A stretch of 42,227 nucleotides of DNA, taken from the IMG/VR virus record IMGVR_UViG_3300045988_047527. The stretch is one strand, 5' to 3'. This document shows, piece after piece, positions 1-8,370 of this stretch; position 1 is the stretch's first letter; every line of letters starts with the position of its first letter. The DNA is from a virus. A program made the translations under genes and the position numbers. The notes beneath the pieces are model-generated. The model was not told the origin of the DNA. It did no database searches and saw nothing but the letters and a program-made list of their open reading frames with translations.

Positions 1-1
1 C

Positions 2-394
2 TGGGTGTACGGCGACGCCGAGGTGTACGGCGACGCCAGGGTGTACGGCGACGCCAGGGTGTACGGCAACGCAGAGGTGTACGGCAACGCAGAGGTGTAC
101 GGCAACGCCGAGGTGTACGGCAACGCCAGGGTGTACGGCAACGCCGAGGTGTCAAAAATTGGTTCTATATTTTGGATCGGGGCTGTTGGCTCTCGAAACG
201 ATACAGCAACATTTTTCCGGTGTACGGATGGAGTTGTTCGGGTTACCTGCGGCTGCTTCTTTGGAAATCTTGATGAGTTTGCGAAGAAGGTCCGTAAGAC
301 TCATGGGGATAACGACCATGCAAAGGTCTATATGTTGGCTATTGACATGGCAAAAATCCGTATTAGCACTGAAAAGGAGAAAACAGAAGAATGA
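2..394 (+). CDS. Hexapeptide-repeat (beta-helix type) protein, C-terminal part; continues from 41928-42227 across the junction
   Basis: The frame is open from base 2. It encodes VYG(D/N)A(E/R) six-residue repeats, then a Cys-containing C-terminal domain (FFRCTDGVVRVTCGCFFGNLDEF). Stop is TGA 392-394. The joined product would be about 217 aa. Confidence 0.8.
   Translation, partial: WVYGDAEVYGDARVYGDARVYGNAEVYGNAEVYGNAEVYGNARVYGNAEVSKIGSIFWIGAVGSRNDTATFFRCTDGVVRVTCGCFFGNLDEFAKKVRKTHGDNDHAKVYMLAIDMAKIRISTEKEKTEE
5..148. repeat. 18-bp tandem repeat array (8 units, GTGTACGGC(G/A)ACGC(C/A)(G/A)(A/G)G), coding
   Basis: Read directly from the sequence. The units encode the hexapeptide repeat, and the first two units are identical to the last two units of the window. 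Confidence 0.95.
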
Positions 395-516
395 GAACAC
401 GAGAAGAGCGCCGCCAGAGGGCCCGAGAGGTCCGGTGGATGATCGGAGTAGGAGCAATGCTCTGCTTGACCTTCTGGGGCGGTATGGCATTTGCCTTTTG
501 GGTCATGGGGAAATAA
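391..516 (+). CDS. Small membrane protein, 41 aa (basic N-terminus plus one hydrophobic helix)
   Basis: ATG 391 overlaps the upstream stop (ATGA). Product is MRTREERRQRAREVRWMIGVGAMLCLTFWGGMAFAFWVMGK. It is below the ORF-track size cutoff and has no recognised homology. Confidence 0.3.
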   Translation: MRTREERRQRAREVRWMIGVGAMLCLTFWGGMAFAFWVMGK

Positions 517-531
517 ACGGAGGAAGAGAGC

Positions 532-2469
532 ATGCGAGAGATCAAGATTTTAACATTGAGCCTCAGAAATTTTAAGGGGTGCGAAACGCTGACGCTGGAC
601 TTTGGCGGCCAGTCCGCTTCCATCTATGGGGATAACGCCACAGGAAAGACTACGATCTATGACGCCCTGACGTGGCTCCTGTTTGGAAAGGACAGCCGGG
701 GCCGCGGCGACTTTGAGATCAAACCCCTTGGACCGGACAACAAAGTGAAGGACCATGCTGCCGTAACTTCTGTGGAGGCTGCACTGCTCACAGACGGGAT
801 CGAGACCAGGCTGAAAAAGACCTACTTTGAAAAGTGGTCCACAAAGCGCGGAAGTGCCACAGAAACCTATGACGGCAACACAAGCGAATATTTTGTGGAT
901 GAGGTTCCAGTCAAAAAATATGAATTTGAGCAGCGTGTCGGATCGATCGTGGACGAAGAGCTGTTTCGGGTCCTGACAAATGTATCTTGGTTCTGCGAGG
1001 GGCTGGACTGGAAGAGTCGAAGAAAAGCCCTGTTCCAGGTTTGCGAGGTCCCGGACGATAGGCTCATCATGGCGGAGAATCCGCAGTTTTCCAGCCTGCT
1101 TGACAGCGCGGGCGCACTGAGCTTAGATGACTACAAAAAGAAGCTAACTGCCCAGCGCAAGGCTCTCAATGGAGCCCGGAATACAGTCCCGGCCCGGCTT
1201 GACGAACAGCGGAGGATCATAGACTCCCTTTCGACCATGGATTTTGAGGAAGTCCGAGAGCAGAGGTCGGCGAAGTCTGCGCAGATGGATCAGCTTACGG
1301 GAGAACTGCTTAAGCTGGACCACGGGGCGCTCCTGGACAGCAAACGAAATGATCTAATCAGGCTTCAGAACGAGCTTTCCGCCCTCGTGAACGAGAACAA
1401 TGCTTACAGACAGAGCCAGACCTTTCCGGCAGAGGACAAGCGCCCTCAGATGCAGAAGGACCTGGATCGGGTACAGAGAGAAATGGTCCGATGGTCTCAG
1501 CTGGCCTCCAATGAAAAAGAGCTGATCCAGAGCCTGAACGAGCGGATTGAGAAATGCCGGGAGCGCTGGAAAGAAGAAAATGAGAAGCAATTTGATGGAG
1601 CGCAATGCCCTACGTGTGGGCAGGATCTGCCCCAAGCGCAAATGGAGGCAGCCCGCGGGAAATTTCTCCAGGAGCGTGAGCGCCGAAAAAAAGAGGCGGT
1701 GGAGCAGGCAGATCTTCTAAAGCGAGATTTAGGGGCGGCAGAGGCGCGCCGGGAGCGTTACATCCAGGATGCGGTAGACGCAGAGTGCGAAGCATCCCGT
1801 ATCTCAGATGAACTGTCTGCTTATGTCCCAGCCGCAGCGCCCACGATTGAAGATATGCCGGGTTACTCTGACAAACTCGGAGAGCTTCAAGGCGCGATCC
1901 TCGCCGCAAAAGCAGAGATCCAGGATATATCAAGCGAGACGTCTGCGATCCGGGAGGAGATCGGAAGAAAGATCCAGGCTCTGCGGGTCGAGGTAGACCA
2001 GCTTGATAGGGAGCTCGGCAAGGCCGGGACTCTGGAGTTTGCCAAGGCCAGAGAGACAGCCCTCCGTCAGGAGGCTCAGAGAGCCGCTGAGGAGATGGAG
2101 GCGATAGACAGGCGGCTGTTTCTCTGCGAGGAGTTTGCTCGCTTTAAGGTCCAATTTATTGAGAGCGGGATCAATCAAAAATTTGGACTGGCCCGGTTTC
2201 GCCTTTTCCGTGAACAGGTCAACGGCGGGCTGGATGATTGCTGCGAGGTCATGTACGATGGCGTCCCATACAGCTCCCTGAATAACGGGATGAGGATCAA
2301 CATTGGGGTCGATGTCATCCGCACGATCTCTGAACACTATGGGATCAGAGTCCCCCTTGTGGTTGATAATGCTGAGAGTGTAACAAGGCTTCTGGATGCT
2401 GGGACACAGGTGATCCGGCTTGTGGTCAGCGAGTCAGATCAGGAATTGAGGTGCGAATATGGCGCTTAA
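532..2469 (+). CDS. SMC/Rad50/SbcC-like AAA ATPase (phage recombination/repair)
   Basis: N-terminal Walker A (GDNATGKTT). Long central coiled coil with a CPTC zinc-hook-like motif (nt 1606-1617). C-terminal Walker B/D-loop-like PLVVDNAES. SD GGAGGAAG upstream of the start. Confidence 0.8.
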   Translation: MREIKILTLSLRNFKGCETLTLDFGGQSASIYGDNATGKTTIYDALTWLLFGKDSRGRGDFEIKPLGPDNKVKDHAAVTSVEAALLTDGIETRLKKTYFEKWSTKRGSATETYDGNTSEYFVDEVPVKKYEFEQRVGSIVDEELFRVLTNVSWFCEGLDWKSRRKALFQVCEVPDDRLIMAENPQFSSLLDSAGALSLDDYKKKLTAQRKALNGARNTVPARLDEQRRIIDSLSTMDFEEVREQRSAKSAQMDQLTGELLKLDHGALLDSKRNDLIRLQNELSALVNENNAYRQSQTFPAEDKRPQMQKDLDRVQREMVRWSQLASNEKELIQSLNERIEKCRERWKEENEKQFDGAQCPTCGQDLPQAQMEAARGKFLQERERRKKEAVEQADLLKRDLGAAEARRERYIQDAVDAECEASRISDELSAYVPAAAPTIEDMPGYSDKLGELQGAILAAKAEIQDISSETSAIREEIGRKIQALRVEVDQLDRELGKAGTLEFAKARETALRQEAQRAAEEMEAIDRRLFLCEEFARFKVQFIESGINQKFGLARFRLFREQVNGGLDDCCEVMYDGVPYSSLNNGMRINIGVDVIRTISEHYGIRVPLVVDNAESVTRLLDAGTQVIRLVVSESDQELRCEYGA

Positions 2470-3070
2470 GGTCAAAGATAGAGCAAAGCCAAAACTGCCC
2501 CCGGTAGAGCCCGGCGTTTATCTCGCAGTCTGTGTGGGGGTCATCGACTTAGGAGAGCAGTATAGCGAGAAGTTCAAAAATTACCGAAATGAAGTCCAGT
2601 TTGTCTGGGAATTGGCCGGAGAAACAGTAGAGGTGGATGGAGAGCAAAAGCCGCGGCAGCTCTCCAGGACCTTCAGTGTTGCGGCCAGCAAAAAGAGCAA
2701 CCTTCGAGGATTCCTCGGCGGATGGAACGGCGTGCAGTACAGTGATGAACAGTTCCAGGATCTTGATTTGTTCGGACAGGCCGGGAGGCCCTGCCAACTC
2801 AATGTTGTCCTCAATGATACAGGAGAATACGCAAACGTGGACAGCGTGATCCCCCTCCCCAAAGGAGTTCCGGCCCCGCAGGCAGTCTCCCCTACGATAC
2901 TCTGGAATATGGATGAGTGGTCGGATGAGAAATTTTCTGCCCTCCCGGATTGGGTCCAGGAAAAAATCAAAAAGTCTACTCAATATCAGAAAGACCACAC
3001 CCCAACGGACTCGGTCGATTTTCCTGTGGAGACATCAGGGCCCCAGAGGGACGGGGGGTGCCCGATTTGA
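2459..3070 (+). CDS. DUF669-like phage protein (possible ssDNA-binding/recombination accessory)
   Basis: Size, the N-terminal motif PGVYLAVCVGVIDLGEQ, and synteny between an SbcC-like ATPase and an MBL hydrolase resemble the DUF669 family. SD GAGGTG. Start overlaps the upstream gene. Confidence 0.5.
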   Translation: MALKVKDRAKPKLPPVEPGVYLAVCVGVIDLGEQYSEKFKNYRNEVQFVWELAGETVEVDGEQKPRQLSRTFSVAASKKSNLRGFLGGWNGVQYSDEQFQDLDLFGQAGRPCQLNVVLNDTGEYANVDSVIPLPKGVPAPQAVSPTILWNMDEWSDEKFSALPDWVQEKIKKSTQYQKDHTPTDSVDFPVETSGPQRDGGCPI

Positions 3071-3774
3071 GGTTTATCCCCCTGGCAAGCTCCAGTCACG
3101 GGAACGCATACCTCCTGGATGATGGAAAGACGTGCCTCCTGATCGAGTGCGGGGTGAGTTACAAAAAGCTTCAACGCCTGACCGGCTTTGGAGTCTCCGG
3201 CATCATTGGATGCTTGATCTCACACGAACATCACGATCACGCCGGATGCTACGAACAGCTCATCAAAAGTGGCATTCCTGTCTATGCCAGCCGAGGGACA
3301 GCGGAGGCCCTTGAGTGTGACTTGTTCGAGATACTGGAAGACAGAGAGCGCGTAACGATAGGGAGCCTTGAAGTCCTCCCCTTCCCGACCTTTCACGACG
3401 CAGCAGAGCCGATGGGTTTCTTGGTTCGCAGCCAAAGTGACGGAGAAAAACTGGTATTTGCCACAGATACTGTAAATCTTGGCTATCAGTTCCCGGAGGT
3501 CAACATAGCGGCGATCGAGTGCAACTACGATGAGAACATCCTATCCAGGGCGGAACGGATGCCGGAAAAGGTGCGTCACCGGATCACAAACAGCCACATG
3601 TCCGTGGTCCGGGCATGCCTCTGGCTGGAGCGTCTGGACAAAAGCCGATTGAAGGAAGTTTATCTAATGCATCTCTCTGATGCATGTTCCGATGAGCGCA
3701 ATTTTCATCGGATGGCACAATGTGCGGTGGGCAGCTCCGTCAGAGTAATGATCTGCCCAAAAGAAAAGAAGTGA
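3067..3774 (+). CDS. MBL-fold metallo-hydrolase
   Basis: Carries the HxHxDH motif (ISHEHHDHAG) and further metal-ligand His/Asp residues. TTG 3067 overlaps the upstream TGA (TTGA). The longer track ORF starting at 2950 lies inside the previous gene. Confidence 0.85.
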   Translation: MRFIPLASSSHGNAYLLDDGKTCLLIECGVSYKKLQRLTGFGVSGIIGCLISHEHHDHAGCYEQLIKSGIPVYASRGTAEALECDLFEILEDRERVTIGSLEVLPFPTFHDAAEPMGFLVRSQSDGEKLVFATDTVNLGYQFPEVNIAAIECNYDENILSRAERMPEKVRHRITNSHMSVVRACLWLERLDKSRLKEVYLMHLSDACSDERNFHRMAQCAVGSSVRVMICPKEKK

Positions 3775-3828
3775 CTGGCGGGGGGGGCTGGATGGCTCTG
3801 GTCCCTCCCATAGAAAGCGGGTGATAGG

Positions 3829-4266
3829 ATGGCGGGACGCCCGAAGGAGGGCATCGAGTTCTCAGGATGGGCGGCGGACGTATTTGAAGACCCAAAGATA
3901 GACAAACTGATCGACGGCCAGGGTGCGGCTGGATTTACGATCTACTTCTATCTTTGCCAAAGGGCTTTCGGGCTCCACGGATACTTTTTGCCATGGACCT
4001 GCGATGATGCCGCGAGCACCGCGAGAAGGATAGGCGGCGGAGTTGGGTCAAAGACAGTACAGGATACTGTTGGGCTGTGCTTGCGTATTGGCTTGTTTGA
4101 CCGCATGCTGTACGAGGGGCACGGAATACTTACGAGCAGGGGTATTCAGCGGAGCTTTGTCCCGGCGCTGAGGCGTCGGAGGGTAAAGTCTGTCATAGCC
4201 GATTATTGGCTTTTGGATGCCGACGAGAGCGCCGGTCTGGTTTTCATACCCAAAAATGAGCGGTGA
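3829..4266 (+). CDS. DUF4373-like (Lin1244/Lin1753 N-terminal type) replisome-organiser protein
   Basis: N-terminal pattern FSGWAADVFEDPKIDKLIDGQGAAGFTIYFYLCQ is typical of phage DnaD-like initiator N-domains. An ori-like repeat cluster follows the gene. Confidence 0.55.
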   Translation: MAGRPKEGIEFSGWAADVFEDPKIDKLIDGQGAAGFTIYFYLCQRAFGLHGYFLPWTCDDAASTARRIGGGVGSKTVQDTVGLCLRIGLFDRMLYEGHGILTSRGIQRSFVPALRRRRVKSVIADYWLLDADESAGLVFIPKNER

Positions 4267-4270
4267 CCGC

Positions 4271-4346
4271 CATTTGTCGCTTGCAAATGCCCATTTGCGT
4301 GCTGCAAATGACACATAGGATAGGATAGGTATAGGAATAGGATAGG
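4271..4346. promoter_or_regulatory. Candidate origin of replication: two tandem CATTTG-N-CAAATG hairpins plus six ATAGG iterons
   Basis: Hairpins at 4271-4289 and 4292-4310. ATAGG copies at 4315, 4320, 4325, 4331, 4337 and 4342. The cluster is non-coding and lies between the replisome-organiser and loader-like genes. Confidence 0.4.
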
Positions 4347-4468
4347 TAGCACTCTAAAACCTATAGTCCCTACTTCTAACGGGGGGCGTTCTACCGGAAA
4401 TCTATCGATAGAAGAAGAGAGATCGCCTCAAGAACTGCCCGCCCCCACCCATTTAGGAGAAAAAACTG

Positions 4469-4882
4469 ATGGAATACAACGATGTTGAAAAGTTGTTCAG
4501 TCTACTGGAGCATCTTTACCAAGGGAAGAAAAAGTCAAGAGATAAAGTGACGGTCGCCATCTGGCATGAAGTGTTTAAGCCGTGGAGTTATGAGCAGGTC
4601 AGGGATGCAGTGATCAGGAGGTCCAGGGAAAAGAAGTTCATGCCGGACCAATCAGAAATCGCTGAATATCTCCCAAGGGCCGATGGAGGGTCTAAAATGG
4701 GGAGGCCCCGGCCGCCGAGCGAATGGGAGAGAAGGTGCCTGGAACAGTCGATCAGGTGGCAGGAACAGTGGCACGAGGACCTGCAAAGGCGCGGCCTTCC
4801 AACGATGCGAGAGGCATTGGAGCGCGGAATGTCCCTTCCGGAATGGAGGGCAACGTTGATAGAAGCTGGAGTGTGGAAATAG
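4469..4882 (+). CDS. G39P-like replicative helicase loader/inhibitor domain protein (tentative)
   Basis: The N-terminal pattern LFSLLEHLYQGK...VAIWHEVFKPWSYEQVRDAVIRRSREKKFMPDQSEIAEYL resembles the SPP1 G39P family. SD AGGAGA. Confidence 0.4.
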   Translation: MEYNDVEKLFSLLEHLYQGKKKSRDKVTVAIWHEVFKPWSYEQVRDAVIRRSREKKFMPDQSEIAEYLPRADGGSKMGRPRPPSEWERRCLEQSIRWQEQWHEDLQRRGLPTMREALERGMSLPEWRATLIEAGVWK

Positions 4883-4885
4883 AAG

Positions 4886-5194
4886 ATGAGAGCAGATACA
4901 AACGAATTGATCTCGCTGGAAGATACGGTTCTAAGCGAGGGTCTAGAAGCACTTAAAGAGCGCCGCCGTCTAAGAACGATCACTGCTGAGCAGGAAATGG
5001 CAAAGAGAGGAGCCATGATCTATGAGTACGACCGGAGAAAAAGAATGGCGGAGGGCACCGAAAGGCTGGCAAGGTGGTACGCAGATCTCCGCAAAAATAT
5101 CGAAGCCGCCCAAAACCGCTACAGGAAAGAGCGGACCCTTGAGGCAGCTGACATGTTATCGGATGTTCTGGATGGGATGGTAAGACATGCATGA
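4886..5194 (+). CDS. Hypothetical protein (charged, helical)
   Basis: ORF of 102 aa, co-directional and tightly packed with its neighbours. No motif recognised. Confidence 0.5.
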   Translation: MRADTNELISLEDTVLSEGLEALKERRRLRTITAEQEMAKRGAMIYEYDRRKRMAEGTERLARWYADLRKNIEAAQNRYRKERTLEAADMLSDVLDGMVRHA

Positions 5195-5510
5195 AAATCC
5201 ATGTTGGACCTGTCAGAAAGCATGCGGAGGTTGCTCCTGGAGCCGCAGCTTTTCTCCGGTGCCGGGCTGGAGGGCCAACAAAACGAAAAAACGAGGACAG
5301 GGCGGCACAAAGGGCGGCTACATAGAGAGCTACTACATAAGGTCGTGTCCGGAGTATGATCCAGAGCCAAAGCGGGATATCCCGGAAGAGAAAGGCGGCC
5401 AAAGGCTCAAATATGATATCGACAAGGTGATGTTGTTGACCAGGGCCGGAATGACAGAGGCGCAGGCCGGAGGTCGATTTATGTCCCGCTCAGCTGAAGA
5501 TCAAGTTTGA
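5187..5510 (+). CDS. Hypothetical Cys-containing protein
   Basis: ORF of 107 aa with N-terminal CWTCQKACGGC. Start overlaps the upstream gene end. Confidence 0.5.
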   Translation: MHENPCWTCQKACGGCSWSRSFSPVPGWRANKTKKRGQGGTKGGYIESYYIRSCPEYDPEPKRDIPEEKGGQRLKYDIDKVMLLTRAGMTEAQAGGRFMSRSAEDQV

Positions 5511-5555
5511 AATCGATGACGGGAAATGCCCGCCGGAGGGAGAGGAGGACACCTG

Positions 5556-6140
5556 ATGGACATTGAGAAACTTAAGCGTTGCCTAAAATGTTGTGCCGAT
5601 GATAACTCAAAGGCGTGTAATAAATGCGAATTAGAATATGGCGAAGAAGAATGCCAAAACCTTTGTGGATATGCCGCCACCGCCCTCTCCACGCTCCAGG
5701 CCGAAAACGAGAAGCTGCGGGACGAAGTAGAGCGGCAAAGGAGGAGCGCAGACAATAGGCAACACCTCTATGAAAATGCAGAACAGGCATACATGAAAGT
5801 TCTGGCCGAGCTGGAGCAGGCGAAGCGGGAGCAGAGCAGAATCCCAGAAGGTTATGCCCTGGTCAAATTAGAATTACTGGAGGAACTAGATAACTTCCGG
5901 GACCTCGGCCCCATTGACCGCCTCCGGGAACTCAAAAAGGCTGACGATGAGGGGCGGTGCGTGGTGCTGCCATTCAAACCTCCGAGATGGGTTTATGTGT
6001 GCAGTACACGCTTCCCAAAACCGGCACAAGCCCATTATGCAAGCGCCATCAATGTTTTGCAGGATATGGACAAAGGGTGTGTATTTGGAGATACCCAAGA
6101 AGAAGCAGCGGCCGCACTACGGAGGGAGCAGGATGGATAA
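5556..6140 (+). CDS. Hypothetical protein with Cys-rich N-terminus and coiled coil
   Basis: Internal ATG 5556 is preceded by GGAGGGAGAGGAGG. The N-terminus contains CLKCCADDNSKACNKCELEYGEEECQNLC. Confidence 0.55.
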   Translation: MDIEKLKRCLKCCADDNSKACNKCELEYGEEECQNLCGYAATALSTLQAENEKLRDEVERQRRSADNRQHLYENAEQAYMKVLAELEQAKREQSRIPEGYALVKLELLEELDNFRDLGPIDRLRELKKADDEGRCVVLPFKPPRWVYVCSTRFPKPAQAHYASAINVLQDMDKGCVFGDTQEEAAAALRREQDG

Positions 6141-6393
6141 TTATTTCAGTTCAAAAGACATTCTCGACAAGGCCATTGGAACTGATGCCTATTTCCAAAT
6201 CAAATCTATTCTTTTTAGCCTGAAAGCCGCCGACGTTGCGGAGGTCAGGCACGGGAGATGGATTTTTGAACCTGGAAAAATCCCGTATTGTTCGGAGTGC
6301 AAAAAGTACAGCGACGATGGAGACAAGGGTGCTACTTTCTGCCCGTGGTGCGGCGCTCGCATGGGCGAGGAGGACGAGCATGAGGCTGATTGA
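6133..6393 (+). CDS. Small zinc-ribbon protein
   Basis: ATG 6133 overlaps the upstream stop. CSEC...CPWC motif. The remainder of track ORF 5914-6393 overlaps the previous gene. Confidence 0.5.
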   Translation: MDNYFSSKDILDKAIGTDAYFQIKSILFSLKAADVAEVRHGRWIFEPGKIPYCSECKKYSDDGDKGATFCPWCGARMGEEDEHEAD

Positions 6394-6604
6394 TGCAGAT
6401 AAATTACCACTTGATATTATGCCGGAGGATGTAGATAAGGCCCCCACCATCGACGCCGTGCCTGTGGTCAGGCGCCAAGAATGTAAACATAAAAATACAA
6501 CAGCTTGCCCAGCTTATGATGCCCCATTCATGCGTACCAGTTTGCGGATTAAGTTTTGTAGTGAGGGCAAGCGGAAGGAGGGCGACCATGTACGGAATAA
6601 CTGA
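6380..6604 (+). CDS. Hypothetical protein
   Basis: ATG 6380 (product begins MRLIDADKL) overlaps the upstream gene end. 74 aa. Confidence 0.45.
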   Translation: MRLIDADKLPLDIMPEDVDKAPTIDAVPVVRRQECKHKNTTACPAYDAPFMRTSLRIKFCSEGKRKEGDHVRNN

Positions 6605-7205
6605 CAAGAAAATTACCCATATCATCGATGAAGCATATAATTTTCCTACGAAATATCCATGTAGCACATGCGACCATGGATGGGGCAGCTTGGGCACAGA
6701 AGGAATAAAATCATGTCACGAAACATGCCAGGAATTACAGGCGTGGGAAGCTGCAAAACGAAAGGAGGAGGCCAACATGGACAAGCCGAGAATTTGTGAG
6801 GTGCTGGGTGACGAATTTGAAAAAATCTGTGAGGCAGTACATAACGAATGGTGGGAAGAGAAGAAACGCCAGGGAATTGATGACCATCCCGATATGCTCC
6901 CGTACCAAGAACTGCCGGAGAATGTCAAAGAGTATGACCGCGTGACTGTACGACGTGTTTTGGAGGCACTGGGCATCAAGTATCCACGCAAGCCCCACTT
7001 CACCCAGCAGGAGGTGGAATCAGCAAAGATAATTAGCGTGCTGTTCCCCGAAGCAACACACATTGAGCGGTTGCGAGGCAGTAAAGTTTTAGGCATAACT
7101 GGAGCCGAAGATGGGTGGATTGCAGATATTGAAAGCTCGCTATTTCCAGAAATCAAGTCAGGTCAGTCCGTCACCCTTGACGAGATCATCGGAGGTGTGG
7201 AATGA
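6588..7205 (+). CDS. RyR-domain-containing phage protein with Cys-rich N-terminus
   Basis: SD GGAAGGAGG before ATG 6588. The segment ICEAVHNEWWEEKKRQGIDDHPDMLPYQELPENVKEYDRVTVRRVLEAL matches the bacterial/phage RyR domain pattern. Confidence 0.6.
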   Translation: MYGITDKKITHIIDEAYNFPTKYPCSTCDHGWGSLGTEGIKSCHETCQELQAWEAAKRKEEANMDKPRICEVLGDEFEKICEAVHNEWWEEKKRQGIDDHPDMLPYQELPENVKEYDRVTVRRVLEALGIKYPRKPHFTQQEVESAKIISVLFPEATHIERLRGSKVLGITGAEDGWIADIESSLFPEIKSGQSVTLDEIIGGVE

Positions 7206-7483
7206 GCGAAGAAAATTTTGCAGTGCCAGACGAATATTTGGTCAGCGTTTTTGGAGATCGGCCAGACATGGTCCAACACCCGCCCCACTACACCGCCGGG
7301 TCTGTCGAGTGCATAGACGCGCTAGAGAGCATGGTCATGGGATACCAGGACACAGTGCAGGCCGGTCTGGCATGGCAGGCGGTCAAGTATATCTGGAGGT
7401 CTCCGCTCAAAGGAAATCAAGCACAGGACCTGGACAAAGCACTGTTTTATCTGAATAGGCTGAGAGAGAAGGTGAAGGAATGA
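7202..7483 (+). CDS. DUF3310 family protein
   Basis: The pattern PPHYTAGSVECIDALE...AVKYIWRSPLKGNQAQDLDKALFYLNRL matches the DUF3310 signature. Confidence 0.7.
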   Translation: MSEENFAVPDEYLVSVFGDRPDMVQHPPHYTAGSVECIDALESMVMGYQDTVQAGLAWQAVKYIWRSPLKGNQAQDLDKALFYLNRLREKVKE

Positions 7484-7782
7484 ACGTTATCGAAAACGAC
7501 GTTCGAGCCCTGGTGGACAAGGAGCTTACCGCCGCCAACGAGCGGTTCCCGCAGTTTCATTCGGCGCATGAGGGATATGCGGTGATTCTGGAAGAAGTGG
7601 AAGAGTGCGAGGGCGAATTTGATGCCATGCAATATTGCCTGAATTGCTTATGGAGACAAACAAAGTGCAACGTTCCAACAGAGCCAAAAGAACTACAAAA
7701 CGCCGCAGTCCGACTTGCCTGCGAGGCCATCCAGGTTGCGGCCATGTGCCGGAAGTTTATGGGGATGGAGGGCGGACAATGA
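7480..7782 (+). CDS. Hypothetical protein
   Basis: ORF of 100 aa with an ATGA overlap with the upstream gene. Confidence 0.5.
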   Translation: MNVIENDVRALVDKELTAANERFPQFHSAHEGYAVILEEVEECEGEFDAMQYCLNCLWRQTKCNVPTEPKELQNAAVRLACEAIQVAAMCRKFMGMEGGQ

Positions 7783-7934
7783 AAGAGTACAAGCTCCAAG
7801 TCCCTGATGATACGGTTGGCATATCAATCACGACTTTTCGACAGACGAAAAATAAGAAGCTGTTTTCCAGAAGCTTTAATGTCGAAGCTGCTTTAGAGAC
7901 CTACATCCTTGACTTAATGGACGAGGAGGGATAG
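7779..7934 (+). CDS. Hypothetical small protein
   Basis: ATG 7779 overlaps the upstream stop. 51 aa. Confidence 0.4.
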   Translation: MKEYKLQVPDDTVGISITTFRQTKNKKLFSRSFNVEAALETYILDLMDEEG

Positions 7935-7937
7935 CCC

Positions 7938-8183
7938 TTGAACGAGTTCCCGGAGAGGCTGAGGAGAATGAGAGAGAGGAACCGCTTGAGCCGATATAAA
8001 CTCTCTGATTTATGCGGGATATCGCCTGACCAAATCAGAAGGTATGAACTTGGAGAGAGAAAGCCTGGAGCGGATGCACTAGAGGCAATAGCTGACTATT
8101 TCGAAGTATCAACAGATTACCTGCTTGGTCGGACAGATTATCCGTGTGTAGTTAAACCTTTATCGTCTCATAGAAGAATTTGA
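7938..8183 (+). CDS. XRE-family helix-turn-helix transcriptional regulator
   Basis: TTG start after GAGGAGGG. Typical HTH_3 pattern LRRMRERNRLSRYKLSDLCGISPDQIRRYELGERKPGADALEAIADYFEVSTDYLLGRTD. Confidence 0.8.
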   Translation: MNEFPERLRRMRERNRLSRYKLSDLCGISPDQIRRYELGERKPGADALEAIADYFEVSTDYLLGRTDYPCVVKPLSSHRRI

Positions 8184-8370
8184 TAATTCCTCCTTTTTGA
8201 GGAATCACAATCTGAATTTATGCGACAATGGGAGCATGGGGGCATACCCTGTGCTCCCTATCTCTTTCTCCTTCCTATACCCGGCAGTCGGCCTCCTGCT
8301 GCCGGGAATATATGCCTCTCCTCGCCGCATGAGGCGGGCGGTGGCACCAAAAAAGAAAAGGTGAAGAAGT

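Noticed and set aside
1-148. The regular 18-bp repeats at both window ends could be mistaken for a CRISPR-like or satellite array.
   Set aside because: The units are contiguous with no spacers and lie in one long open frame encoding a hexapeptide-repeat protein. They form a coding tandem repeat.
152-623. Track ORFs 159-575 (+), 152-490 (-) and 363-623 (-) around the end of the hexapeptide gene.
   Set aside because: They overlap the well-supported hexapeptide-repeat C-terminal domain and the start of the ATPase gene. They have no SD and low-plausibility sequences.
2950-3066. The N-terminal extension of the MBL-fold hydrolase ORF given in the track (start 2950).
   Set aside because: The extension lies entirely within the preceding gene in another frame. 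A TTG at 3067 overlapping the upstream stop gives a typical MBL N-terminus (RFIPLASSSHGNAYLL).
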